Under the pieces are notes generated by a model, which made no database searches, was not told the DNA's origin, and worked only from the letters and a program-made list of their open reading frames with translations. This document shows positions 47,033 to 56,669 of a stretch of 64,000 bases of DNA, one piece after another. The DNA is from Terriglobales bacterium (GTDB lineage: Bacteria > Acidobacteriota > Terriglobia > Terriglobales > Acidobacteriaceae): assembly GCA_035624215.1 (NCBI GenBank), contig DASPRY010000053.1, positions 9,119-73,118 on the forward strand, written 5' to 3'. Positions within the stretch are counted from its first letter, which is position 1. Each line of letters opens with the position of its first letter. The position numbers were made by a program, and so were the translations under genes.

Positions 47033-47935
47033 ATGACAATGCCATTTATCGATCGGATGATGTGTCGGCTAACAGCGCTGGTATGCTTTTCCGCCCTCCT
47101 CGCCTCCTGCGGGCCGTCGCGAGAGAATCGAATCGTAATCGGATCCAAGAATTTCACCGAACAACTCGTACTTGGGGAATTGTTCGCGCAGCAGATCGAG
47201 AAGAAAACTCATCTGCCGGTTGAACGCCGCTTTTACCTGGCCGGCACATATATCTGCCAACAGGCAATTCTTTCAGGACGAATCGATATTTATCCGGAGT
47301 ACAGCGGAACAGCATTGACTGCGGTGCTTAAGGAGAGACCGGAAGGGAACAGGGAAGAAATTTACAACCGGATAAAAGCTGAATACGCGAAGCAGTTCGA
47401 CTTGGTTGTCGGCCCCACGCTCGGCTTTAACGATACCTTTGCCATTGAGATTCGTGGCGAGGACGCACGCCGGCTGAAGCTGACCACCATTTCCGAAGCT
47501 GCGGCATACACACACCAGTGGCGGCCCGGCTTTGGATACGAGTTCATGGAGCGTCCGGACGGTTACAAGGGCTGGATGAAAACCTATGGTCTCCGCTTCG
47601 CTGAGGCGCCGCGAATCATGGACCTTGGACTGCTGGATCGGGCACTCAAAGACAAGCAGGTGGACTTGATCGCCGGCAATATGACGGACGGACTGATTCC
47701 GGCGCTAGATCTCTTTGTGCTCGAAGATGACCGGCTTTATTTCCCGCCCTATGAAGCTGTGCCTATCATTCGTCAGGAGACGCTGGTACATCATCCTGAA
47801 CTCAGTGAAGCATTGAATGAGCTTGGCGGAAAAATCTCTGATACCGATATGCGCCGGCTCAATTATGCCGTGGATGGGCAGAAGCGCGATGTAAAGGAAG
47901 TCGTGCACGCATTTATGCTGGAGAAAGGGTTGTGA
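47033..47935 (+). CDS. glycine betaine/choline ABC transporter substrate-binding lipoprotein
   Basis: Lipobox LLASC after ATG 47033, then GSKNFTEQLVLGE, typical of OpuCC/OsmX-type binding proteins. Confidence 0.88.
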   Translation: MTMPFIDRMMCRLTALVCFSALLASCGPSRENRIVIGSKNFTEQLVLGELFAQQIEKKTHLPVERRFYLAGTYICQQAILSGRIDIYPEYSGTALTAVLKERPEGNREEIYNRIKAEYAKQFDLVVGPTLGFNDTFAIEIRGEDARRLKLTTISEAAAYTHQWRPGFGYEFMERPDGYKGWMKTYGLRFAEAPRIMDLGLLDRALKDKQVDLIAGNMTDGLIPALDLFVLEDDRLYFPPYEAVPIIRQETLVHHPELSEALNELGGKISDTDMRRLNYAVDGQKRDVKEVVHAFMLEKGL

Positions 47936-47980
47936 TCCATCGAGGCCGTGAGCCAATAGCTGAGAGCTATAACCTACGGT

Positions 47981-50416
47981 TCACATTAGCCAGATAGCAT
48001 CGACGTCAACGATAACCCGGGTCCTTGGGATCTTCTGCTGAACAGCACATGCCAGCATGGCGCGCAAAAGGGCATTCAGCTTTTCCCGGCTGGCTGACTT
48101 CAGCACGAAGTGATAGCGGTAATCGCGCTTGAGCCGCAGGATTGGCGCGGCCGCTGGCCCCAGCACGCGAATGTCTTCGTGCGGCGTTTTTTCGAGCCAT
48201 CGCCCGAGTGTGCCTGACCACTGCAGCGCCTCATCAAGCTTGTCGCTGTGCACAAGGATGTTCGCCAGGGCGCTGTAGGGCGGATAACGCATCCAGCTGC
48301 GAAACCGCAGCTCTTTTTCGTAAAAGCCCACGAAATCATGCTGCGCCGCGTATTGCACGGCATAATGATCAGGGAAATAATTCTGCAGAATGACCTTGCC
48401 GGGGGTTTTTCCTCGTCCGGCGCGTCCCGCCACTTGCGTGAGCAACTGAAAAGTGCGTTCTGCGGCACGAAAATCTGGAAAACCCAGAGCTGCATCCGCT
48501 CCCACCACGCCGACCAGCGTGACCCCATGAATATCGTGCCCTTTGGCGATCATCTGCGTGCCAACCAGAAGATCGAGTTCTCCAGCGTTCAGTGCATTTA
48601 GCGCCCGCTCGAAATCTTCCCGGCCGCGCACCGTGTCGCGATCGAGCCGGGCCATGCGTGCCTGAGGAAACATGCCGTGAAGCAACTCCTCCAGCTTTTC
48701 CGATCCCGTTCCGAGGAAATATACGTACTCGCTGCCGCAGTGAACACAAACTTTTGGAACCGCCGCGGTGTAGCCGCAATAGTGGCATTCCATCCGATGA
48801 GAGCGCTTGTGATGGGTTAGAGCAATGGCGCAATTCTTGCACTCGAGCGTCTTCCCACAGGAGCGGCATAGCACCAGTGGCGAATATCCGCGTCGATTGA
48901 GCAGCACCATCACCTGTTCTTTTCGTTCCAGCCGTTGTCTGATCTCCTTCGCCAACCTGCGCGAAATTACCTGCTCGTGCCCGGTCTCCTGAAATTCCTG
49001 CCGCATGTCCACGATTTCGACTTCGGGCAACGGGCGCTGTTCCACGCGGTCCGGCAATTCCAGCAACGTATACTTATTCGCCTTCGCATTGAAGTACGAT
49101 TCCAAGGATGGCGTGGCCGAGCCCACCACCACTACTGCCTTTGCCATACTGGCCCGCATTACGGCCACATCGCGGGCGTGGTAGCGGGGAGTCTCCTCCT
49201 GCTTGTAGGAAGCATCCTGCTCTTCATCGACGATGATCAACGCCAGATTTGAAACCGGAGCGAAAACCGCGGACCTGGTGCCTACTACCAAGCGGGCCTC
49301 TCCGCGCTTAATGCAATGCCACTGTTCAGCCCGCTCCTGATCGCTAAGCGCAGAATGAAGGAGGGCCACTTCATCGCCGAAAGCTTGGTGCAGGTCAGCC
49401 GCCACTGCCGGAGTCAACCCAATTTCGGGGACAAGCAGAATTGCCGAACGGCCTGAGTCCAAAACGGCGCGTATCGCTGCCAGATAAACCGCCGTTTTTC
49501 CCGACCCGGTAACGCCGTGGAGCAACACCCCCGAAAATTTGCCGGCATCGACTCGCTTGCGGATTTCGTTCAACGCCGCTTGTTGAGCAGGACTAAACTG
49601 AAAATCCAGCGGTGATGTGCGAGGTTTTGCCCTTGAGACGGCAAATTGTGCCGGCTCTTCCACGATCTCCACGAGTCCACGCTTCACCAGAGTGGTTAAG
49701 GAAGTTCGTGGAAGCGGGAGTGCGTTCAGATCGTCGATGCTGACCTTTCCGCCCGCTGCTGTGAGAGTTTCGATAATCGCTTCTTGGTTCGCATTCAGCT
49801 TACCTTCGCTCCTCTTGAGAACCGCGTGTTTGACTAAACGAGTAGGTTCATGCGCGCCGGACAAGTCATGCCGTTCGATCCAGCGCTTGCGCACCAGATT
49901 GCCCAGCAAAGATTGTGAAGCTCGAGTCGCGGCACGTAAGCTCTCTGCTCGTCCGCCATCGCGTTCTGCCAGGTACTCGAGAACTCGAAATTCGGTGAAC
50001 TGATCATGCGGCGTTTGTCGCGACCGTGCTGAGGAGCCGGACATGCCCGCGAGATGAAGCGCCATTTGTCCTTGTTCGGTAATGCGGTAGACAATGCTTC
50101 GCTTGAATTCCGCGCTCAGCGGCAACATGGTGCGGAACACTTCACCCAACGGGGCGAGGTAGTAGTTGGCAATCCATCTTCCGAGTTGGAGCAGATGCTC
50201 ATCGAGCAGTGGTGCGCTGTCGAGCACGCTCAGGAGGTTCTTGGCTTGGACGTTGGGAACACGATCGTGTAGCTCGATCACAAGTCCGGAAAGCCGCCGT
50301 TGGCGGAAGGGAACCAAAACCCGCCCACCCACTACCGGCTGCATGCCCTCGGGCACACGATAGGTGAACAGGCATTCCAGCGGAACCGGCAGTGCAACAT
50401 CGCAGAACTGGGACAT
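47981..50416 (-). CDS. priA: primosomal protein N' (replication restart helicase PriA)
   Basis: GVTGSGKT, DEEQD and the Cys-rich zinc-binding insert (CRSCG..CKNC..CHYCG..CVHCG). Confidence 0.95.
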   Translation of the reverse strand: MSQFCDVALPVPLECLFTYRVPEGMQPVVGGRVLVPFRQRRLSGLVIELHDRVPNVQAKNLLSVLDSAPLLDEHLLQLGRWIANYYLAPLGEVFRTMLPLSAEFKRSIVYRITEQGQMALHLAGMSGSSARSRQTPHDQFTEFRVLEYLAERDGGRAESLRAATRASQSLLGNLVRKRWIERHDLSGAHEPTRLVKHAVLKRSEGKLNANQEAIIETLTAAGGKVSIDDLNALPLPRTSLTTLVKRGLVEIVEEPAQFAVSRAKPRTSPLDFQFSPAQQAALNEIRKRVDAGKFSGVLLHGVTGSGKTAVYLAAIRAVLDSGRSAILLVPEIGLTPAVAADLHQAFGDEVALLHSALSDQERAEQWHCIKRGEARLVVGTRSAVFAPVSNLALIIVDEEQDASYKQEETPRYHARDVAVMRASMAKAVVVVGSATPSLESYFNAKANKYTLLELPDRVEQRPLPEVEIVDMRQEFQETGHEQVISRRLAKEIRQRLERKEQVMVLLNRRGYSPLVLCRSCGKTLECKNCAIALTHHKRSHRMECHYCGYTAAVPKVCVHCGSEYVYFLGTGSEKLEELLHGMFPQARMARLDRDTVRGREDFERALNALNAGELDLLVGTQMIAKGHDIHGVTLVGVVGADAALGFPDFRAAERTFQLLTQVAGRAGRGKTPGKVILQNYFPDHYAVQYAAQHDFVGFYEKELRFRSWMRYPPYSALANILVHSDKLDEALQWSGTLGRWLEKTPHEDIRVLGPAAAPILRLKRDYRYHFVLKSASREKLNALLRAMLACAVQQKIPRTRVIVDVDAIWLM

Positions 50417-50511
50417 ATCACGTAGGAGTGATTTGGTTGCCTACTAGACAGATGCTACCAGTCAAATTGCTCAATGAGCCGACTGTGGTAGCCATACCTG
50501 GTGCGAGTTAG

Positions 50512-51477
50512 CTACTGATCCGGCGGCTCAGGAGGCTGGACCAGGTCCGGTATAGCGGCGATCACTGCGGGCGATACGGGCTTGAATTGAAGCTGCTCAA
50601 TCAGGAACGCGACTCGATCACGTCGCGCTTCGGCATTCAAGGCATGAGGAGCGTCATAAAGTTTGAACCGTTTGGGTTCGCTGACGACGGATGCGTATTC
50701 TTTGTCGCGCTCGGGAGTCAAGAATCGTTCTTGGCTTCCATACTGGAGGAAAACGATAGCGGGGGCAGCATGTGACACGTACTTGCCGGCATCGAGCCAG
50801 GAATACTGGGCGATGAACGCATCAAATTTTTCCGGGCCGATCTTCTGGCGGTAATCCTGGATTTCTTTTGCTTTTAGAGTAACCTCGTCCGACGTAGGTC
50901 CGGCCATCAGGACAAAAGCCTTGAAGCGTTTGTCAATTCCGCTGAGAAACGCCCCAACTTCTGCATTGTAGCTATGGCCGACATAGGCCAGGCGCGTGGG
51001 ATTAACATCAGAACGAGCCAACAGCAGGTCGGCCCCGCGGCGCATGTCGACAATTGCCTGCACGCGATCTGTAACTTGTTGGTCGCTCAACCAGGAGTTG
51101 TCCTCTTTGTGCCCGGGACGGGCAATTGGCCCATCCGGCAGCAACGACACAACACCCGAGGGCGCAACTGCGACCGCCTCCTCCAGGAATTCCTTGCGAT
51201 TCATAAACTCCGAACCTGGCATATACCAGTGGCCCCAAATCACAGCAGCGAATGGACCTTTACCATCGGGCACGACCAGGTACGCCGGGACGCTCCCGCC
51301 TTTGGGACTGATGTACGAAATATCGTGGATGACTACTGTGCCCCGGCGCTCGGTTGCGACCTCCTGAACACCCAGGGGAGCCTTCTGGTCGTAATCGAAG
51401 TGATGCAAAAGATCAGCGTCCTGCGCCAACAACGGGACGACGATGAGCAACCACACAGCAAAACACATCTTTCGCAT
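50512..51477 (-). CDS. alpha/beta hydrolase (dienelactone hydrolase / acetyl esterase-like), exported
   Basis: GHSYN nucleophile-elbow-like motif and signal peptide MRKMCFAVWLLIVVPLLA. ATG at 51477 is preceded by GAGGAGG. Confidence 0.8.
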   Translation of the reverse strand: MRKMCFAVWLLIVVPLLAQDADLLHHFDYDQKAPLGVQEVATERRGTVVIHDISYISPKGGSVPAYLVVPDGKGPFAAVIWGHWYMPGSEFMNRKEFLEEAVAVAPSGVVSLLPDGPIARPGHKEDNSWLSDQQVTDRVQAIVDMRRGADLLLARSDVNPTRLAYVGHSYNAEVGAFLSGIDKRFKAFVLMAGPTSDEVTLKAKEIQDYRQKIGPEKFDAFIAQYSWLDAGKYVSHAAPAIVFLQYGSQERFLTPERDKEYASVVSEPKRFKLYDAPHALNAEARRDRVAFLIEQLQFKPVSPAVIAAIPDLVQPPEPPDQ

Positions 51478-51550
51478 CGTGCCTCCTCGGAAGGTAATCA
51501 TAGACTATGTTCGTCGCAAAAGTTGTTGAGAATCAGGCCGCGAAGGTGTC

Positions 51551-51877
51551 ATGAACAGAACCTTCTACCAACTTTCCGAACTTGAAAAACAGCGCAATCA
51601 GACTGGCAAGCCGTATCTCGAGTTTCTGCGCATTCCAGAGATGAGTGCGGGAGTCTATGTCTTGCCCGCGGGTGGCACCGATTGGCAATCGCCCCACAAA
51701 GAAGACGAGCTTTATTACGTGGTCCGTGGCAAGGCTCGAATGAATATTGGTGCGGAAGACCAGCCGGTCGGAGAAGGCAGTGTGATCTTCGTTGCATCGG
51801 GGATCGAACACCGATTTCATGACATCAGCGAAGAACTGATGGTCCTGGTATTTTTTGCGCCGGCGGAGAGCGCCTAA
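51551..51877 (+). CDS. cupin domain protein
   Basis: 108 aa with HKEDELYYVVRG...VIFVASGIEHRF, the two cupin motifs. Confidence 0.8.
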   Translation: MNRTFYQLSELEKQRNQTGKPYLEFLRIPEMSAGVYVLPAGGTDWQSPHKEDELYYVVRGKARMNIGAEDQPVGEGSVIFVASGIEHRFHDISEELMVLVFFAPAESA

Positions 51878-51929
51878 TCTCGGCGGAGGGATAGGTAATT
51901 TCCGCGACGTGTGGGTAACGGTTCTCTGG

Positions 51930-52427
51930 ATGATGAACCTGGCAATGATGGCAATGCGGGCGAAGGATTGGCCGTCGGTGCGGGAGATTTATGCGGAAGG
52001 CATTGCCACGGGGAACGCAACCTTTGAAACCGCCGTGCCGGGATGGGCACGCTGGGACTCTGCCCATCACCAACATTGCCGCCTCATCGCGAGAGACAGC
52101 CAGAGGATTCTCGGATGGGCGGCCCTCAGCCCGGTTTCGAGCCGCCGTGTTTATGCTGGAGTAGCCGAGGTTTCGATTTATGTAGCCGGCTTGGCACGAG
52201 GCAAAGGCGTTGGCAAAGCGCTAATGAAATCTCTGATCGATTGCTCAGAGAAACACGGCATGTGGACGCTGCAGGCGGGCATCTTCCCAGAGAACGTTGC
52301 TAGCATCGCCCTTCATAAATCCTGCGGATTCCGTGAAGTCGGATTACGCCAGCGCCTTGCTCAATTGGCCGGCAGATGGAGGGATGTTCTCCTGCTCGAA
52401 CGGCGCAGTCCGAGCATTGCGAGGTGA
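51930..52427 (+). CDS. GNAT N-acetyltransferase (phosphinothricin acetyltransferase-like)
   Basis: IYAEGIATGNATFE, GWAALS and RGKGVGKALM motif A. The start is uncertain (51909 or 51930). Confidence 0.8.
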   Translation: MMNLAMMAMRAKDWPSVREIYAEGIATGNATFETAVPGWARWDSAHHQHCRLIARDSQRILGWAALSPVSSRRVYAGVAEVSIYVAGLARGKGVGKALMKSLIDCSEKHGMWTLQAGIFPENVASIALHKSCGFREVGLRQRLAQLAGRWRDVLLLERRSPSIAR

Positions 52428-52435
52428 GCCCGCGC

Positions 52436-53218
52436 TTATCTTGCGACTGCCTCTTTTCCGGGAACCCAGTAGGATTCTTCTTTTAGGAATTCCTTCTCAA
52501 ACCCGACGCGCCTTAGGATACTCTTAGCATTTTCGATCATCTCGGGGTGCCCACACATGTAAGCGACGGTGTTGGATCCACCCAGGCCCCACATATCGGC
52601 ATACTTGCGGATTATGTCGTCGACCCTTCCGGTCTCACCCGTCCATGCCGTATCCTCCCAGGGACGGCTGACGGTAGGCGTGTATTTGAACCACGACGCC
52701 TTCTGCGCGACCCTTTGCAATTCCTCGCAGTAGCCAAACTCGCATGAACGGCTCGCGCCATTGAGCAGAAACAATTTGTGTTGCCCCGAAAAGCTTCCTG
52801 CTTTCCATTGTTGGTAAAGCGTTCGCGTATAACTCACAAACGGTGCCACACCGGTAACTGTACAGATGAGAAGGTGGTTCGTGCGACCGCTCTCGGTCTG
52901 CAACGTAAAACGTCCCTTGGCGGATTTCCGCATGAGTAGCTCATCTCCAGGCTGCAAATTATAAAGGCGGGGAGTCAAATCGCCTCCCGGGACAAGTTCC
53001 AGGAAAAACTCGATTTCACTTTCAAATGGAGCCGAAACAATGGAGTACGGACGCTCCCAACGCTTGTTGTCGGGATCCATCACCCCCAAAGTCGCATATT
53101 GGCCCGGGCTGAACTGGAAATCGCCATCCACCTTAATGCGAAAAGTCCACAGGCTAGGTCCCAAATCTGCGCGTTGCGTGATTTTGGGGTGGTAAAACTT
53201 GTCGTCGGACGCGCTCAT
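52436..53218 (-). CDS. ferredoxin--NADP(+) reductase-type FAD/NAD(P)-binding oxidoreductase
   Basis: RPYSIVS (RxYS FAD motif), LICTVTGVAPF and MCGHPEM. Confidence 0.85.
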   Translation of the reverse strand: MSASDDKFYHPKITQRADLGPSLWTFRIKVDGDFQFSPGQYATLGVMDPDNKRWERPYSIVSAPFESEIEFFLELVPGGDLTPRLYNLQPGDELLMRKSAKGRFTLQTESGRTNHLLICTVTGVAPFVSYTRTLYQQWKAGSFSGQHKLFLLNGASRSCEFGYCEELQRVAQKASWFKYTPTVSRPWEDTAWTGETGRVDDIIRKYADMWGLGGSNTVAYMCGHPEMIENAKSILRRVGFEKEFLKEESYWVPGKEAVAR

Positions 53219-53256
53219 GCCTTACCTCAAATTCTGGGGAATGCGTGCGCGTCAGT

Positions 53257-54351
53257 TTAGTCTACCGGAGATTGGTCCTTTGTAGCGACTGACCGACCCT
53301 GAACGAAGCTAACGATCTCATCCAGCAACAGCTGCCTGCCGTGCTGGGGCCGATCGAGATGTACGAAGTGGGTGGCATCCGGAATGACCACAATTGTGGT
53401 AACAGTGTGTACCAAGTCCTGCTTCAGCTTGTCTCGGTCGGCGGGGCGAGACCAGAAATCGCGTTCCGAGGCGAGCACAAGAGTCGGGACATTGATAAAC
53501 GACGCATCCCACAATTGCCGTCCAGTAGCGAGATAGAAGCTGTCCTCCAGCGCACCATTGGGCGATCGAAAACAAGCTGGATTGCGCGTGTTCGCCTCTG
53601 GATCGCTTGCCAGAGCCTCGCGCACATAGGCGTCCGCAACTGCCGGGTCTCGCCAGGAGGATTTGTCCTCCGTGGGGATACTACGGTTCCATGCTGCGAG
53701 CAAAGAATCAGCGGTGTTGCACCGATACGCGCCAATAGCCGGATTTAGACGACCCGGATGAGCCGGGTCTTCCATATCCGATCCATGGCCCATCATTGGG
53801 TGGGCTACATCTGCCCCGTAGAGCGCATTGAGGAGGATCAGATGGCTCAGTTTGTCGGGATGCAGCGTTGCATAGTACCCTGCCCACTGAGCGCCAGTAG
53901 CCCAACCGAATAGCGAGACCCGGCGCGCACCTGTTCGCTTGCGAATCAAACCCACTGCAGCATCGATGTCATGAACAGCGTCCACCGACCGCACCAGTGG
54001 GGAATGATTTTGCGGAGGTTCTTCCATTTCGGGTGGACGTGTGGACTGGCCATATCCTCGAATATCGATCACGTACGCGCAAAATCCTTTCTCCGCAAGG
54101 TCAGCTGCTAAAGAGCCACCCGGAACCGGAAGATCGAAGGACGCGACCCCGGGGACGCGAGCGCCATGCACCAGCAGAATGGGGTCGCACGCGCGATGCA
54201 TGCCGGTGCGCACCTCTCGGACGTGGATGCGAATACCGTCATCAAGGTTCGCAAATAGGTCCTTTCTTGAGACCAATGCTGAAGCTGGTTTGAGCCAGGA
54301 AACGAGCAGAACAAGGCCAATAACTTTTCGAGCCGCGCACGGCATTGCCAA
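53257..54351 (-). CDS. alpha/beta hydrolase, exported
   Basis: Signal peptide, HGARVPG and GWATGAQ nucleophile elbow. 364 aa. Confidence 0.85.
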   Translation of the reverse strand: MAMPCAARKVIGLVLLVSWLKPASALVSRKDLFANLDDGIRIHVREVRTGMHRACDPILLVHGARVPGVASFDLPVPGGSLAADLAEKGFCAYVIDIRGYGQSTRPPEMEEPPQNHSPLVRSVDAVHDIDAAVGLIRKRTGARRVSLFGWATGAQWAGYYATLHPDKLSHLILLNALYGADVAHPMMGHGSDMEDPAHPGRLNPAIGAYRCNTADSLLAAWNRSIPTEDKSSWRDPAVADAYVREALASDPEANTRNPACFRSPNGALEDSFYLATGRQLWDASFINVPTLVLASERDFWSRPADRDKLKQDLVHTVTTIVVIPDATHFVHLDRPQHGRQLLLDEIVSFVQGRSVATKDQSPVD

Positions 54352-54445
54352 ATTATATTCAGCCTGGATTCTGATCGCACGGATTGAAGATTAGACGGGG
54401 GCTCTCATGCCTGTCTTTGTCTCGAAACTCAATGAATCGCGATGT

Positions 54446-55534
54446 CTATTCCGCCATCTTCGCCACGTGTAGATCAAATCCTGTTCTGGGCAGCAAGGCG
54501 GTTAATTCGAATGCCTTGAAACTGTCTCCGGTGATCTCGGTGTGGCGATAAAGACCCGGCTCAGTTTCCACGATTTGTCTGCGGCCTTCGAAATCCTCCA
54601 GAAACTGCTGTGCCGTCTTTAGGTCTGCGCCTCCGTTCCCGGCTCGAGTTACAAAAGCCTCGGCAGCGTAGGAGCGGACGAGCTTGGGCCAGTATTTCTC
54701 CAGCAGGTTGGTGCTGGCAAAGATATCTGCCCAGATGATTTCACCGTTCACGGCCACCACCACTCCGACTGCGTGGCGATCGCGCAATTGCCCGATCAAG
54801 CTCTGATAATCATGCCGAATCGGAGCCGCGACCGAATCCACTTTCTTTTGGACTTCCTCGTTCTGCATGACCTTTGCGTACGAAGTCGTGCCACCGACCG
54901 CCGCGGCCATGGGAACTGTGAGCTGTGCAGCAACGCGGGCTTGTGAATCCCTGACTTCGGACCAAACTTTTCCTTGGTCTTCGTCAACCATGGCTTTGGC
55001 GCGCACACCAGGTGCCGCCATAGGCGAACCCAACGAGTCGAAGCTCATCTTGGGCCCGGTCCAGCGGCCAGGTTCCACGCAGAAAACTCCGAGATCGATG
55101 GGATCGCTTTCCGCAGGGACGAGGCGATCTTTGCCAATTACACGATCCTGCTTGCCACCGGTCACGATCTCTCCAGCCAACAGAATCAGTGGACGCTTTG
55201 AATTGTTCACCAGCACCAGCTGATTGACTTGCGGACCAAAGCCTCGGCGCGGGGTAACGCCGTCGTGACGCGGCCGAACCAGAGGGGCAATGCTGCCGGA
55301 CTCGTTGACCACCACCTCGCCGGAGCGCAGCCCTTCATCCAAAGTGAGGAATTCTTGGGTGTCGTGAGAGACAGTCGATACAACAGGGAAAACCGCCAGA
55401 TTTCCGTGCCTTATTGGGTCCAGAACTTTGTACTGGGAAAGCGAGGGGACTTCACCTCCCGGAGCCGGACGAGGAATCATTACCGCGGAGCCAAGAACAA
55501 CAACCAGAAGCGGAACCAACGAGGTGAGTTTCAT
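54446..55534 (-). CDS. exported hypothetical protein (DUF6569-like pattern, tentative)
   Basis: ATG at 55534 is preceded by GGGAGG. Signal peptide MKLTSLVPLLVVVLGSAV. Has HGNLAVFPV and LLAGEIVTGGKQDRV...FCVEPGRW. Confidence 0.75.
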   Translation of the reverse strand: MKLTSLVPLLVVVLGSAVMIPRPAPGGEVPSLSQYKVLDPIRHGNLAVFPVVSTVSHDTQEFLTLDEGLRSGEVVVNESGSIAPLVRPRHDGVTPRRGFGPQVNQLVLVNNSKRPLILLAGEIVTGGKQDRVIGKDRLVPAESDPIDLGVFCVEPGRWTGPKMSFDSLGSPMAAPGVRAKAMVDEDQGKVWSEVRDSQARVAAQLTVPMAAAVGGTTSYAKVMQNEEVQKKVDSVAAPIRHDYQSLIGQLRDRHAVGVVVAVNGEIIWADIFASTNLLEKYWPKLVRSYAAEAFVTRAGNGGADLKTAQQFLEDFEGRRQIVETEPGLYRHTEITGDSFKAFELTALLPRTGFDLHVAKMAE

Positions 55535-55625
55535 ATACGCCTCCCTTAAGCTAGTGGAAACGCCCCGGATCAGCCATTGACGGCTGCCGTGCCGCCCCTC
55601 TCTGATCCTTCCTGATTGCCGAACG

Positions 55626-55645
55626 GCAAAAATCCCGCTTTTTGC
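55626..55645. promoter_or_regulatory. 7-bp perfect inverted repeat in the divergent promoter region of the sigma factor gene
   Basis: GCAAAAA-tcccgc-TTTTTGC, 38-57 nt upstream of the sigma factor ATG. Confidence 0.3.
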
Positions 55646-55682
55646 GTCTAAAAATATTGGTAGCATCGAGTAATTCCCCTTT

Positions 55683-56603
55683 ATGTCCAGACTTGGTGTC
55701 CAATCCAGTGTGAAAGATTCGGGCTTGGAATTGCTTTCGGAGCTCTATCGCAGGAGTCGTGGGGCAGAGTTCGGCCTGACCCGGGATGCTTTTAACTGCA
55801 TCCTTCAGGAAGTCACAAAGAAGTACTTGCCTGCCGATGCCTCAGGACTGGAAAGGCAACAATTGCTCCTCAGTCTGCGCGTAGAGGAACTAGCCCTCGC
55901 TCGGGCATGTGCGGCGGGCCACGAACGTGCATGGGAAGTTTTTCTGACTCGTTATCGGGAGAAGCTGTACGACGTTGCTACCTACATCGCCAAGGAAGCC
56001 TCGGCAGGGCGCGAATTAGCTGACTGTCTTTATGCCGACCTCTACGGCACAAGCCTGCGTGATGGCCAGCGCGTATCCAAGCTGGCTTCCTACACCGGAC
56101 GGGGTTCGCTCGAGGGATGGTTGCGCACCGTGCTCGCGCAGGAACATGTAAACGGTTATCGCCGGCGGCGCCGCCTGGTAAGCCTGGAAGAGGAGAGCGA
56201 ACAAGGTGTGCAGTTTGCTGCAGCCACGTCCGAACCGGTGAGGGAAGTGGATCCAAAAATCGAAGCGGCCACCGATGATGCGCTGGCCGAACTGTCGTCC
56301 GAAGACCGCTTTGTGCTGGCCTCATATTACCTGGACTCGCGCACGCTAGCCGAGATCGCGCGCATTCTGCGCGTGCACGAATCCACCATCAGCCGCAAGC
56401 TGGATAAACTGGCCAAGTCTCTCCGCAAGCGGATTTTGGCGGGCCTCGGCCGGCGGGGCATGAGCCGGCGGCAGGCAGAGGAGGCCCTGGAAGTGGACGT
56501 TCGTGACTTGCACCTGAATCTTCGCAATCGGCTGGTGCAAGAAACTGCACATCCGCCGTTCTCCAAGAAGAACGCTGAGGCGGCCGGTAAAGGCCCGGCT
56601 TGA
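55683..56603 (+). CDS. sigma-70 family (ECF-like) RNA polymerase sigma factor with N-terminal extension
   Basis: Region 2 (AWEVFLTRYREKLYDVA) and region 4 HTH (RTLAEIARILRVHESTISRKL). At 306 aa it is much longer than a minimal ECF sigma. Confidence 0.88.
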   Translation: MSRLGVQSSVKDSGLELLSELYRRSRGAEFGLTRDAFNCILQEVTKKYLPADASGLERQQLLLSLRVEELALARACAAGHERAWEVFLTRYREKLYDVATYIAKEASAGRELADCLYADLYGTSLRDGQRVSKLASYTGRGSLEGWLRTVLAQEHVNGYRRRRRLVSLEEESEQGVQFAAATSEPVREVDPKIEAATDDALAELSSEDRFVLASYYLDSRTLAEIARILRVHESTISRKLDKLAKSLRKRILAGLGRRGMSRRQAEEALEVDVRDLHLNLRNRLVQETAHPPFSKKNAEAAGKGPA

Positions 56604-56669
56604 GGCATAATTCATTACAGATTGGCCGGAATTCTTCAAGCTGGTGATAATTAAAGTGGCGCAGATCAA

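Noticed and set aside
55621-55648. GAAC ... CGTC pair as an autoregulated ECF promoter upstream of the sigma factor gene
   Set aside because: The spacer between the elements is 20 nt, against the usual 16-17 nt, so it cannot be supported from sequence alone.
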